A stretch of 64,000 nt of DNA from Sphingomonadales bacterium. GTDB lineage: Bacteria > Pseudomonadota > Alphaproteobacteria > Sphingomonadales > Sphingomonadaceae. Made by a program: the position numbers and the translations under genes. Position 1 is the first letter of the stretch, and the number at the start of each line of letters is the position of its first letter. Shown piece by piece: positions 9,667-19,685 of the stretch. Below the pieces are notes generated by a model that saw only the letters and a list, made by a program, of their open reading frames with translations, did no database searches and was not told the DNA's origin. Location: the NCBI GenBank assembly GCA_038256425.1, contig JBBSKI010000003.1, forward strand, positions 3,392 to 67,391. The letters are read 5' to 3'.

Positions 9667-9713
9667 ACCAGCCGCACAATCCCCCGACGCTGATCAAGCC
9701 GCGAGTTGCCGCC

Positions 9714-11387
9714 ATGCCCATGCTCACCGATCCCTCGGTCAAGTACCGACCGTTCCCGCCGATAAACCTGCCCGACCGCCGCTGGCCGGCACAGGTCATT
9801 ACAAAAGCCCCGCGCTGGCTCTCGACCGATCTGCGCGATGGCAATCAGGCATTGGTCGATCCGATGGGAGCGGAAAAAAAGACCCGGTTCTTCGATCTTC
9901 TATGCCGCATCGGGATCAAGGAAATCGAGCTGGGCTTCCCCGCCTCGGGCGCGACCGATTTCGACTATATCCAGGGTCTGGTCCGCTCGGGCCGAATCCC
10001 AGCCGACGTCACCCCGCAAGTTCTCACCCAATCGCGCCGCGATTTGATCGAGACCAGCTTCGCCAGCCTCGAAGGCGCGCGGACCGCGATCGTCCACCTC
10101 TACAACGCGGTCAGCCCGGCGTGGCGGCGGATCGTGTTCGGGATGAGCAAGGCCGAAATCAAGGCCATCGCGATCGAAGGCGCGAAAGTCATGCGCGATC
10201 AGGCGGCGCGCTACCCCGACACCGACTGGCGCTTCGAATACAGCCCCGAAACGTTCTCGACCGCCGAGGTCGACTTTTCGGTCGAGGTCTGCGCGGCGGT
10301 GATGGAGGTATTGGCTCCGACCCCCGACAAGCCGATCATCTTCAACCTGCCTTCCACCGTCGAATGCGCGACCCCCAACGTCTATGCCGATCAGATCGAG
10401 CTGTTCGGGCGCTCCATCCCCAACCGCGACGCCGTGGTAATTTCGCTTCATACCCACAACGATCGCGGCACCGGTATCGCCGCGTGCGAGCTGGGGCTGA
10501 TGGCCGGGGCCGATCGTGTCGAAGGTTGCCTGTTCGGCAATGGCGAGCGCACCGGCAATTGCGATCTGGTGACGGTCGCGCTCAACCTCTATTCGCAAGG
10601 GGTCGATCCGCAGCTCGACTTGTCGGACATCGACGAAATCGCCGGCACGGTCGAATACTGCAATCAGCTGCCGATCCACCCGCGCCATCCGTATGTGGGC
10701 GAACTGGTCTATACCTCGTTCTCGGGCAGCCATCAGGACGCGATCAAAAAGGGCTTCGAGGCTCGCGAGAAGCAGAACGACCTGACCTGGGAGATGCCTT
10801 ACCTGCCGATCGATCCGGCGGACCTGGGGCGATCCTACGAGGCGGTGATCCGGGTCAACAGCCAATCGGGCAAAGGCGGATTCGCCTGGGTGCTCGAGCA
10901 GGACCAGGGGCTCAAGCTGCCCAAGCGCATGCAGGCGCACTTCTCGCGCCACGTCCAGTTGCTGGCCGACGAGGCGGGCCGCGAACTGCAGGCCGACGAC
11001 ATCTGGGCGGTGTTCCAGCGGGTCTATCGCCTCAACGCGCCGCAGCACTTCCAGCTGCTCGATTACGAGGAAGCGCGCGGGAGCGATGGGGCGCGGCTGT
11101 TTGCTGGCAAGATCGCCGAGGCCGGGCGCGAGCGCAGTGTCAGCGGGCGCGGCAACGGGCTGATCTCGTCGGTGGTGGCGACGCTGGCGGAGGCGTTCGG
11201 CGTTGCGATCGAAGTGCGCGACTATACCGAACACGCGATGGGCGCCGGTTCCGACGCGCGCGCCGCGGCCTATGTCGAATGCGTTGTTCCCTCGGGCGAG
11301 ACGGTGTGGGGCGTGGGGATCGACGAGGACGTCGCCACCGCCAGCGTCCGCGCGATCCTGAGCGCTGCAAACGGGGTTGCAAGGTAA
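9714..11387 (+). CDS. leuA: 2-isopropylmalate synthase
   Basis: STDLRDGNQAL, EYSPETF, HTHNDRG, GNGERTGN, RVNSQSGKGG motifs. Confidence 0.97.
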   Translation: MPMLTDPSVKYRPFPPINLPDRRWPAQVITKAPRWLSTDLRDGNQALVDPMGAEKKTRFFDLLCRIGIKEIELGFPASGATDFDYIQGLVRSGRIPADVTPQVLTQSRRDLIETSFASLEGARTAIVHLYNAVSPAWRRIVFGMSKAEIKAIAIEGAKVMRDQAARYPDTDWRFEYSPETFSTAEVDFSVEVCAAVMEVLAPTPDKPIIFNLPSTVECATPNVYADQIELFGRSIPNRDAVVISLHTHNDRGTGIAACELGLMAGADRVEGCLFGNGERTGNCDLVTVALNLYSQGVDPQLDLSDIDEIAGTVEYCNQLPIHPRHPYVGELVYTSFSGSHQDAIKKGFEAREKQNDLTWEMPYLPIDPADLGRSYEAVIRVNSQSGKGGFAWVLEQDQGLKLPKRMQAHFSRHVQLLADEAGRELQADDIWAVFQRVYRLNAPQHFQLLDYEEARGSDGARLFAGKIAEAGRERSVSGRGNGLISSVVATLAEAFGVAIEVRDYTEHAMGAGSDARAAAYVECVVPSGETVWGVGIDEDVATASVRAILSAANGVAR

Positions 11388-11486
11388 CGCGCAGAGGCCG
11401 CCACACAGAGTCCCAAACATGGCATTGTCAAACCGCGCGCATGCCGCGACAACCGAAGTTTGAGCCTAATCCGATACGGAGAGACC

Positions 11487-12530
11487 ATGACCGAAGCGAT
11501 CCTCGAGCCCGAATTGCCGATCGTCGATCCGCATCACCATCTGTGGGACCTGCGGCCGCTGGTCGCTGCGTTTCCAGAGCCGCACCATTCGTTCATCGCC
11601 TCGATCGCGCGCACGCCGTATTACACTTTCGACGGTCTGCTGGCCGATACCTCGAGGGGCCACAACGTGGTCGCCACGGTGTTCATGGAGTGCGGTGCAT
11701 TCTATCGCGCAGGCGCTTCAGAGGCGCTCAAGTCGATCGGCGAGGTCGAGTTCGTCGGCGGGGTTGCGGCGCAGAGCGCGAGCGGACTTTATGGACCCCT
11801 GCGCGCCTGCGCCGGGATTGTCGGCCATGCCGACCTGTTGCGGGGCGATGCGGTGGTCGAGACGCTCGACGCGTTGATTGCGGCTGGTAACGGACGCTTT
11901 CGCGGCATCCGCCACAGCGCGGCGTGGGATGCCGATGGCGAAGTTCTGGGCCGTCCCTTTGGCGCGAAGCAGCACCTTCTCGGTGACGCGACATTCCGGG
12001 CCGGGTTCGCCCGCCTCGCGACGCTGGGCCTCAGCTTCGATGCATGGGTGGTGGAACCGCAACTGCCCGACGTCATCGCTCTTGCCCGCGCCTTCCCCGA
12101 CACGTCCATCGTCCTTGACCATTGCGGCACCCCGCTGGGTGTCGCCAGCTACGCGGGCAAGCTGGACGAGAACTTCGAACGCTGGCGTGGCAATATCCAC
12201 GCGCTGGCGCAGTGCCCCAACGTTTCGGTCAAACTCGGCGGTCTGGCCATGGCGTTTTGCGCGATGCCCGCCGAAGGACCCGAAGCAGGCTATTCGTCGG
12301 AAGCGCTCGCGGAGCTGTGGAAGCCGTATATCGACACCTGCATCGAAGCGTTCGGCCCCGCCAGGGCGATGTTCGAAAGCAATTACCCGGTCGACAAGTG
12401 GGGCGCGAGCTACGCCACACTGTGGAACACGTTCAAGCGGCTGGCAGCAGGCGCATCGGCAGACGAAAAGCGCGCGCTGTTTGCCGGGACTGCGGCGCGG
12501 GTATACGGGATCGAACATGTGCTGAACTGA
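11487..12530 (+). CDS. Amidohydrolase family protein (amidohydro_2)
   Basis: [30 protein letters not shown] motifs. Confidence 0.88.
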   Translation: MTEAILEPELPIVDPHHHLWDLRPLVAAFPEPHHSFIASIARTPYYTFDGLLADTSRGHNVVATVFMECGAFYRAGASEALKSIGEVEFVGGVAAQSASGLYGPLRACAGIVGHADLLRGDAVVETLDALIAAGNGRFRGIRHSAAWDADGEVLGRPFGAKQHLLGDATFRAGFARLATLGLSFDAWVVEPQLPDVIALARAFPDTSIVLDHCGTPLGVASYAGKLDENFERWRGNIHALAQCPNVSVKLGGLAMAFCAMPAEGPEAGYSSEALAELWKPYIDTCIEAFGPARAMFESNYPVDKWGASYATLWNTFKRLAAGASADEKRALFAGTAARVYGIEHVLN

Positions 12531-12549
12531 ACGGGGGCCCGGGGGAGTT

Positions 12550-13500
12550 TTGGACGTGGACGAACTCGGGGTCATCGTCGCGGAAATTGCGGCGGAAATG
12601 GAGCAGGTCTCCGATCGCGGCAAAGTCGCCGACTATATCCCCGCGCTGGGCAAGGTCTCGTCGTCGCATTTCGGCATGGCGGTCATCATGGCCGATGGCA
12701 CCAGCTATACCGCCGGCGAAGCCGACACCTCGTTCTCGATCCAGAGCGTATCCAAGGTCTTCGGGCTGACCCTGGCGCTGGGACTGGTCGGCGACGAATT
12801 GTGGAAGCGGGTCGGTCGCGAGCCATCCGGATCTGCGTTCAATTCGATCGTCCAGCTCGAAACCGAAAAGGGCATCCCGCGCAATCCGTTCATCAACGCC
12901 GGCGCTATCGTGGTCTCCGATATCCTGCTGGGCAGCCACACCCCTAGCGAGTCGATTGCCGAGATGCTGCGTTTCATGCGCGCGCTGGCTGGCGACGAGA
13001 GCATTGTGATCGACGAAGATGTCGCGCGCGGGGAAGCGGAGACCGGCTTCCGCAACGTGGCGCTGGCCAGCTACATGCGCGCTTTCGGCAATATCCATCA
13101 CCCGATCGAGCTGCCACTGGCGCACTATTTCCACCAGTGCGCGCTGGCGATGTCATGCCGTCAATTGGCCTTGGCCGGGCGGTTCCTGATGAACGGCGGA
13201 CGGATACCGGGCTCGGCCAGTTCGGTCGTCTCGGCCCAGCGGGCGCGGCGAATCAACGCCCTGATGCTGAGCTGCGGGCATTACGATGGCTCGGGCGAAT
13301 TCGCCTATCGCGTCGGCCTGCCCGCCAAATCGGGGGTCGGGGGCGGGATCATGGCGATCGCGCCGGGGATCGCCTCGATCGCTGTGTGGTCGCCCGGGCT
13401 CAACGAGCGGGGCAATTCGCAGCTTGGCACGTTCGCACTGGAACGCCTGGTCCAGCGCACTGGCTGGTCGGTATTCGAACCGGTGACCCGGCGGGGTTAG
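12550..13500 (+). CDS. glsA: Glutaminase
   Basis: [39 protein letters not shown] motifs. Confidence 0.93.
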   Translation: MDVDELGVIVAEIAAEMEQVSDRGKVADYIPALGKVSSSHFGMAVIMADGTSYTAGEADTSFSIQSVSKVFGLTLALGLVGDELWKRVGREPSGSAFNSIVQLETEKGIPRNPFINAGAIVVSDILLGSHTPSESIAEMLRFMRALAGDESIVIDEDVARGEAETGFRNVALASYMRAFGNIHHPIELPLAHYFHQCALAMSCRQLALAGRFLMNGGRIPGSASSVVSAQRARRINALMLSCGHYDGSGEFAYRVGLPAKSGVGGGIMAIAPGIASIAVWSPGLNERGNSQLGTFALERLVQRTGWSVFEPVTRRG

Positions 13501-14039
13501 ACTGCCTTCAACGGTTCGAACCGCTCCGGCGTCGAAATCTGTTCAAGACAATCGCCGACCACCACGTCGCCGCTGACAACGACAATCGCCATAACCCCGG
13601 CCTTGCGGATCAGCGATTTGCCCGGCCCTTTTTCAAGTACCGCATCCATCAGGCCGGTGGCTATGCCGTTGAGCTTGAAGCACGGGTTGCGCAGACCGGT
13701 GAGTTCGATCACCGCGTCGTCACCCAGCCGCAACCGGGTTCTCGCCGACAATGCCAGCAGATCGATCCCGCGGGTGGTGACATTTTCGCCCATCTGCGCG
13801 GGCGAGATGGCAAAGCCCCTATCCGCCAGTTCCTCGAACAGTTCCGCGTGGATCAGGTGGACCTGGCGCAGGTTGGGAACGGTGCGTTGCTTCACCCAGC
13901 GCGAACGGTGCTGCATGGTCAGCCCGGCATGGGCATCGCCCTTGACCCCCAGTCCCGCGATCAGCCGGAGCCGGTCGACCGGCTGCTTGGAGACGCGGTG
14001 CAGGTCGTCGCGCGCCAGGGCGAGGATAGTGGGGTGCAT
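13497..14039 (-). CDS. MOSC domain-containing protein
   Basis: GVKGDAH, RQVHLI, MGENVTT, TGLRNPC motifs. Confidence 0.85.
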   Translation of the reverse strand: MHPTILALARDDLHRVSKQPVDRLRLIAGLGVKGDAHAGLTMQHRSRWVKQRTVPNLRQVHLIHAELFEELADRGFAISPAQMGENVTTRGIDLLALSARTRLRLGDDAVIELTGLRNPCFKLNGIATGLMDAVLEKGPGKSLIRKAGVMAIVVVSGDVVVGDCLEQISTPERFEPLKAV

Positions 14040-14395
14040 GAGGCGGCGGTAGCACTTTCCCGAGGCGTTTGGATGCCAGCTTCGACGCCGCAAGAAACCC
14101 CCAGCCTTATGGTGCCGCATGCGCGGCGGGCCCCCACCAGGATGAGCGATCAGCTCAATTTACTTTCCTATCCCCGCCCGACCCGAAAAAGTGTCGCAAA
14201 TGACCGGCACGCACTCCCCCGAATCGCCCTTTCGCACTTTCACCAGTGGGGACCCTCCCGGTTGTCCTTCAGGACCCCGTCACCTTCGTCACCTTCGACG
14301 CAAATCCGCGGGTTTTCGGGCATGGCGTTCAGGTATTTTGACAGTGCGGCCGGCGCCCCATAGGAGCTTTAACCGGTCGATTAAACTTGGAGAGA

Positions 14396-15370
14396 ATGCC
14401 GATGCCGCGCCCCCTTCCCGCTCCGTTCGACCGTCTGCGCCTGCCCATTATCGGTTCACCGCTGTTTATCGTCTCGGGCGTCGAACTTGTCCTCGCGCAA
14501 TGCAGGGCCGGGCTTGTCGGATCGTTTCCGTCGCTCAACGCGCGCCCGATCAGTCAGCTGGATGAATGGCTCCACCGCCTGACCGAGGAACTGGCCGAGC
14601 ACAACCGCGACAACCCGGATCGACCCGCCGCACCGTTCGCGGTCAACCAGATCGTCCACAAGACCAACAACCGGCTCGATGAAGACATGGCGCTGTGCGA
14701 AAAGTGGCAGGTGCCGATGCTGATAACTTCGCTCGGCGCGCGCGAGGACGTTTACGCCGCCGCGCACCGCTGGGGCGGGATCGTGCTGCACGACGTAATC
14801 GACGACCGATTCGCCCGCAAGGCGATCGAGAAGGGTGCCGATGGGCTGATCCCGGTCGCGGCCGGCGCGGGCGGTCATGCCGGGGGGCTTTCTCCGTTCG
14901 CTTTCATGCAGGAACTGCGCACCTGGTTCGACGGACTGATCGCGCTTTCGGGCTCGATCGCCAACGGCCGATCGGTCCTCGCCGCGCAAGCTCTCGGGGC
15001 CGATTTTGCCTATATCGGCAGCCCATGGATCGCCACGGTCGAAGCCAACGCCACCGAAGGATACAAGCAGGGCATCGTCGAGAGCAACGCGAGCGGGATC
15101 GTCTATACCAACCTGTTCACCGGCATCCACGGCAACTACCTGCGCTCCTCGATCATCAACGCGGGGCTGGATCCGGACAACCTGCCCACCAGCGACCCCA
15201 GCGCGATGAATTTCGGCTCGGGCGGCAATACCGAGGCTAAGGCGTGGAAGGACATCTGGGGTTCGGGCCAGGGCATCGGCGCGGTTACGGCGGTTGAAAC
15301 CGTGGCGGCGCGGGTCGACCGGATCGAAGCCGAATACAACGCGGCCAAGGCGGAGTTGCTGGCGGGCTAG
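14396..15370 (+). CDS. Nitronate monooxygenase family flavin oxidoreductase
   Basis: PIIGSPLF, AVNQIVH, GAGGHAG, KAWKDIWGSGQG motifs. Confidence 0.9.
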   Translation: MPMPRPLPAPFDRLRLPIIGSPLFIVSGVELVLAQCRAGLVGSFPSLNARPISQLDEWLHRLTEELAEHNRDNPDRPAAPFAVNQIVHKTNNRLDEDMALCEKWQVPMLITSLGAREDVYAAAHRWGGIVLHDVIDDRFARKAIEKGADGLIPVAAGAGGHAGGLSPFAFMQELRTWFDGLIALSGSIANGRSVLAAQALGADFAYIGSPWIATVEANATEGYKQGIVESNASGIVYTNLFTGIHGNYLRSSIINAGLDPDNLPTSDPSAMNFGSGGNTEAKAWKDIWGSGQGIGAVTAVETVAARVDRIEAEYNAAKAELLAG

Positions 15371-15885
15371 GCTCCCTCTGTCGCGGGCCACAGTTCGTCG
15401 GCCAGCGCATCCAGCGCGGCAAAGTCTTCACTGCGGCGCGCCGGGTCACGGCGGCTGAGCAGAGCGGCTTTGCGGCGACCCAATGCGGGAACTTCGGCGA
15501 GCAGGCGGCGACGCAGCGCACGCTGGAGCAGTGTCAGCCGGGCGAGCGCCTCATGTCCTTCCGCGTCGCGTGCCCCCGGAGCGCGCCATCCGGCCTCGAT
15601 CTGCCCGACCCGCTCGATCACCAGCGCGTTGTAATTGCGATGCGGCCCCCGATGCAGCGGCAATCCGGTCCGCAACGCCGAGGCCTCGCTGGCCGGAAGC
15701 AGCAGACCGTTGCGACGGAAATCGTCGAAGCCCAGCCGGTCGAGGCCGATTCGTTCGAACATCGTCACGAAGCTGCGGCGCTGGAGCAGCTGACGCGGCA
15801 ACAGATGATGGCGCTGGAGGTCGGGCTGGTGCCCCGCATCGCCGCGTCGGTTGACCGAGCGGAACGGCAGATCGGCCCGGCTCAT
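15367..15885 (-). CDS. AHH-domain (HNH/EndoVII fold) putative nuclease
   Basis: QRHHLLP...NGLLLP...LHRGPHRNYN motifs. Confidence 0.75.
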   Translation of the reverse strand: MSRADLPFRSVNRRGDAGHQPDLQRHHLLPRQLLQRRSFVTMFERIGLDRLGFDDFRRNGLLLPASEASALRTGLPLHRGPHRNYNALVIERVGQIEAGWRAPGARDAEGHEALARLTLLQRALRRRLLAEVPALGRRKAALLSRRDPARRSEDFAALDALADELWPATEGA

Positions 15886-16640
15886 CCCTGCACCCGCCGC
15901 GCCCGGACCAGCGGCGCAACCCTGCCCTGTCGGTCGGGCTCGTTTCCGCGCGGGTCCGGTTCGAGCACGATAGTCTGGTCCGCGATCAGCTCGAGCGTCA
16001 CGCTGGCGCGGACAGGGCCGAGGGCAATGAGCCGGTCGATCAGGCGCACCGCCAGCCGGGCATCGCCAGCTGGCTGGGAACCGGCGGCAGGCTCAAGCCG
16101 CAGCTCCTGTCCGGTCAACAGCGCGAGTCCTTCGCTGGTCATCGCTCCATCGGGCGAGCGGTGAAGCGCGGTCAGCCCCAAGGCCGGGAAAGCTCCACCC
16201 GCCAGCCACGATCCCACGCTCGAGGTAAAGTGCGCCGTACCCGATAACGCACGTGCCGGTCGCCAGCCGACCGCCAGTACGCCGGGGAGCGCGGCCAGCG
16301 CCATCGCCAGGCCCGCCGCCGCGCGCACCACCGGCAGCAGCCCTTCGGCGCCTGCCAGATGGGGTCCGAGGGCGAGCGTGATCGTCTCGGCGGTCGCGGT
16401 GCCCTGATCGCTTCCGAGCCCGTAGTGGTGCGCGAATGCGAAAGGTTCGGCCGACGTGCCGGGGGCCAGCCCTGACAGATCGAAAGTGAGACCGGTGGTC
16501 AGAAGCTCAAGCCAGCAACGGTCCCCAGCACCGGCTCCGGCCGGGCGATGCGACACGGCAAAGGCGCCGCCCGCCACCAAGGCCTCGACCGCTGCCGCAT
16601 CGGGCCGCCGACCCGGCGCAAAAAGCAGCGAGACGAGCAC
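15882..16640 (-). CDS. Hypothetical protein (DUF4261-like), coupled to the AHH gene
   Basis: GTG start with GGAG SD; 4-bp overlap with the AHH gene; GAFPALGL...SEGLA...GQEL pattern. Family call is tentative. Confidence 0.6.
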   Translation of the reverse strand: MLVSLLFAPGRRPDAAAVEALVAGGAFAVSHRPAGAGAGDRCWLELLTTGLTFDLSGLAPGTSAEPFAFAHHYGLGSDQGTATAETITLALGPHLAGAEGLLPVVRAAAGLAMALAALPGVLAVGWRPARALSGTAHFTSSVGSWLAGGAFPALGLTALHRSPDGAMTSEGLALLTGQELRLEPAAGSQPAGDARLAVRLIDRLIALGPVRASVTLELIADQTIVLEPDPRGNEPDRQGRVAPLVRARRVQG

Positions 16641-16877
16641 GCGCGGCTCCGTTTCCCCGTCCGCCTTGCGGAGGTCATCCGGATTTCCCCCGATGTCCGG
16701 CTTTTCGACGATGGCCTCCGACCCCCATGCTCGCTCGTACAGCGGCCTGCCCGCTCCAAGCCCCTGTCCGCCCGAACCTTTAACTGCCCGGCGGTTGTGG
16801 CACCGTTATGCGCTAGGCGTCGAGTCCCACCAGACCAGTTGCCTCCGGATGGGACGCAATCGTCGGTGCAGGTTGCA

Positions 16878-17369
16878 TCAGTAAATTCCCAGGCCCAACC
16901 CTTCGCCCAGCGCGGCGCCCAATTCCTGGCACTGCCGGAGCGAGGCCGGCGGCACCACTTTGGCGGCAAAGATCGCTTCCGGTGTCTGCGCGCCCGTGTT
17001 GACGATCAGCGGTTCGGCCACCCGCCGCAGCCGCCACCCGGTCGAAATCCGGTCGATCTGGGCTTGCGCTCCGCTGCCATCCGATCCGGCGGCGATCAGC
17101 GTGGCATAAGCGCGTCCCTCGATCCGCCCCAGCACCGGGTAATAGCAGCGATCGAAAAACTCCTTCATCGCCCCGCTCATGGTGGCAAGATTTTCCGGGC
17201 ACGCGAACAGATAGCCCCTTGCCGCCAGCAGGTGTTCGGGCCCGGCCTCTTCGGCGGGCAGCAACAGCGCCTCACTCGCCCCGCGCGCGCCTTCGAACGC
17301 CGCCTCGGCCATCGCCCGGGCGGCCCCTGTCCTGCTGTGCCAGACTATCAGAAGCATTTCGCCAGACAA
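16878..17369 (-). CDS. Flavodoxin family / NAD(P)H-dependent FMN reductase-like protein
   Basis: WHSRTG, PENLATMSGAMKEFFDR, AGSDG motifs. Confidence 0.85.
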   Translation of the reverse strand: MSGEMLLIVWHSRTGAARAMAEAAFEGARGASEALLLPAEEAGPEHLLAARGYLFACPENLATMSGAMKEFFDRCYYPVLGRIEGRAYATLIAAGSDGSGAQAQIDRISTGWRLRRVAEPLIVNTGAQTPEAIFAAKVVPPASLRQCQELGAALGEGLGLGIY

Positions 17370-17441
17370 GCCCGCTGCGTTGCCCGAGTCAATCGGGGAG
17401 AGCCCCTTCCCTCACTGCCTGCCATCGGTTAGCCCTCGCCG

Positions 17442-19247
17442 ATGACTTCCGTCGTCGGCATCACCCATTCGCTCAAAGGCCGCGCTTGGCGCTGGCGCGG
17501 GGGCAGCATGGACATGGCCGATGCTGCACCGCACTGGGACGGCGCTGGGCGCGCGGGAGACGGACTGGTGGACCAGCTGCTGCTCGCGCGCGGGGTCCTG
17601 CCCGACGATCTCGTCCGCCAGCGCACCCCCACCCTGCGCGCGTTCCTGCCCGACCCGTCGATCCTGCGCGATATGGAAGCCGCCGCCGACCGGCTCGCAC
17701 AAGGCGTGCTGAGCGGCGAGACAATCACGATCTACGGCGATTACGATGTCGATGGCGCGACCAGCGCGGCCTTGCTGATCCTGCTGCTGCGCGATCTGGG
17801 GATCGAGGCGCGGCACTATATCCCCGATCGGCTGCTCGAGGGCTATGGCCCTTCGGGTGAGGCGCTGGTGCGGATCGCTGGAGACGGCAGCAGCCTGATC
17901 GTGACGGTCGATTGCGGGGCGATGGCGCACGAGGCGCTGGGCGCTGCGCACGATGCCGGGGTCGATGTGATTGTGGTCGATCATCACAAGTGCTCGCCCG
18001 AACTTCCCCGTGCCGCCGCATTGGTCAACCCAAACCGGCTCGACGAGAGCGATGAGGGTGCGGCGCTTGGCCACCTTGCCGCAGTCGGCGTTGCCTTTCT
18101 CCTGGCTATCGCCACCGTCCGCACACTGCGCACGCGCGGGTTTTTTGCCGGCCAGAACGGAAAGGGGCGCGCCGAGCCCGACTTGTTCGCGCTGCTCGAT
18201 CTGGTTGCGCTGGGCACGGTGGCCGATGTCGCTGCGCTCCACGGGCTCAACCGGGCGATGGTCGCGCAGGGGCTGAAAGTCATGGCGCGGCGCGACAACA
18301 TCGGCATGTCCGCCCTGATCGACGCCGCGCGGCTGACCCGCGCGCCCACGTGCAGCGATCTCGGCTTCGCGCTCGGCCCGCGGATCAACGCGGGCGGGCG
18401 GGTCGGCGAGGCGACGCTGGGCGTGCGCCTGCTGACCACGCGCGATCCGGACGAGGCGCGCGACATTGCCGCACAGCTCTCGCGGCTCAACGACGAGCGG
18501 CGCGGGATCGAATCGGTCGTCCAGGAAGCCGCCGAAGCGCAGCTGGCCGGGCAGCACAACCGCGCGGTGGTGGTGGTGTCCGGGCGCGGCTGGCACCCCG
18601 GCGTCATCGGGATCGTCGCCGGGCGGATCAAGGAAAAGACCGGCAAGCCCGCGCTGGTGATTGCGCTGGAAGACGACGGTTGTCTCGGCAAGGGCTCCGG
18701 GCGTTCGATTGCAGGAGTCGATCTGGGTGCAGCAATCATTGCCGCGCGCGAAGCCGGGCTGCTGGTTGCCGGCGGGGGCCACGCGATGGCCGCCGGGCTG
18801 ACCATCGAAGCGGACAAACTTGGCGCGCTGGGCGACTGGCTGGATGCCCGGCTGGGCGCGGACGTCGCCGCAGCCTCGGGCAACCAGCCGCTGCGGCTCG
18901 ACCTGTCACTGACCCCCGGCGGACTGACCCCCGACCTGATCGCCGCGCTCGATCGTGCCGGGCCGTTCGGGATGGGCTGGCCGGGCCCACGCATCGCGGT
19001 CGGCCCGCTGCGGATGATCAAGGCCGATGTGGTCGGCATCGATCACGTCCGGATGATCGTGGCGGGCGACGACGGCGCTTCGTTCAAGGCGATCGCGTTT
19101 CGCGCGGCCGAAGGGGAGATGGGCCAGGCCTTGCTCCACGGCGCGCGCGGTCGGCGATTCTGGCTCGCGGGCCGTCCCAAGATCGACGACTGGGGCAACC
19201 GCCCGGCCGCCGAACTGCATGTCGAGGATGCGGCCTGGGCCGATTAA
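17442..19247 (+). CDS. recJ: ssDNA-specific exonuclease RecJ
   Basis: YGDYDVDG, TVDCG, DHH, GPRINAGGR, GGGHAMAAG motifs. Confidence 0.96.
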   Translation: MTSVVGITHSLKGRAWRWRGGSMDMADAAPHWDGAGRAGDGLVDQLLLARGVLPDDLVRQRTPTLRAFLPDPSILRDMEAAADRLAQGVLSGETITIYGDYDVDGATSAALLILLLRDLGIEARHYIPDRLLEGYGPSGEALVRIAGDGSSLIVTVDCGAMAHEALGAAHDAGVDVIVVDHHKCSPELPRAAALVNPNRLDESDEGAALGHLAAVGVAFLLAIATVRTLRTRGFFAGQNGKGRAEPDLFALLDLVALGTVADVAALHGLNRAMVAQGLKVMARRDNIGMSALIDAARLTRAPTCSDLGFALGPRINAGGRVGEATLGVRLLTTRDPDEARDIAAQLSRLNDERRGIESVVQEAAEAQLAGQHNRAVVVVSGRGWHPGVIGIVAGRIKEKTGKPALVIALEDDGCLGKGSGRSIAGVDLGAAIIAAREAGLLVAGGGHAMAAGLTIEADKLGALGDWLDARLGADVAAASGNQPLRLDLSLTPGGLTPDLIAALDRAGPFGMGWPGPRIAVGPLRMIKADVVGIDHVRMIVAGDDGASFKAIAFRAAEGEMGQALLHGARGRRFWLAGRPKIDDWGNRPAAELHVEDAAWAD

Positions 19248-19337
19248 GCGCGTTGGTGCCCGGCACATGGACACGCCCACTTGACCGGCCTCGCCCTCTT
19301 GCCTAAACGCGCGGCCTGCCAGCACGATGTGCCGGAC

Positions 19338-19412
19338 GGCCCCATCGTCTAGCGGTTAGGACGCGGCCCTTTCACGGCTGAAACACGGGTTCGATTCCCG
19401 TTGGGGTCACCA
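19338..19412 (+). tRNA. tRNA-Glu (anticodon TTC)
   Basis: Cloverleaf GGCCCCA...TGGGGTC-ACCA, T-loop GTTCGATTC, anticodon loop CTTTCAC; TTGACC -35 at 19281. Confidence 0.97.
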
Positions 19413-19506
19413 TCTCCACTCGCGCTTGACCGCGCGAACCGATGGTCCGACACAGGCGAGCGGCAACACGTTTGTTGTTGGCAGTACTGGCAGCGCCCGG
19501 TCATCG

Positions 19507-19581
19507 GGCCCCTTCGTCTAGCGGTTAGGACGCGGCCCTCTCACGGCTGAAACACGGGTTCGATTCCCGTAGGGGTCACCA
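19507..19581 (+). tRNA. tRNA-Glu (anticodon CTC)
   Basis: Near-identical to the first tRNA, with anticodon loop CTCTCAC and encoded CCA. Confidence 0.97.
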
Positions 19582-19685
19582 CCCGCCTTCCACTTTACGG
19601 GCGAGCCCGGAGCCTGACGGCGTCAAGCGACCCTTTGTATTTGAAATCTCTGCAAATCGCGCGCAAATGCGCCGTATAAGGAAGC

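Noticed and set aside
9900-11890. Long alternative-frame and antisense ORFs (e.g. 9902-11890, 20988-23201, 34179-36350)
   Set aside because: Shadow ORFs expected from high-GC codon bias over real genes; Arg/Pro-rich with no motifs.
14040-14395. 356-bp intergenic region with GTCACCTTC x2 and TTTAA-N8-TTAAA
   Set aside because: The short repeat and weak ORFs support no call. The spacing is N8, not the CtrA TTAA-N7-TTAA; it may be an operator but is unsupported.
16773-16860. Possible EcfG promoter and small hairpin RNA (GTCCCA...TGGGAC)
   Set aside because: The -35 (CGAAC) and spacing (15) deviate from consensus, and the stem is too short to call.
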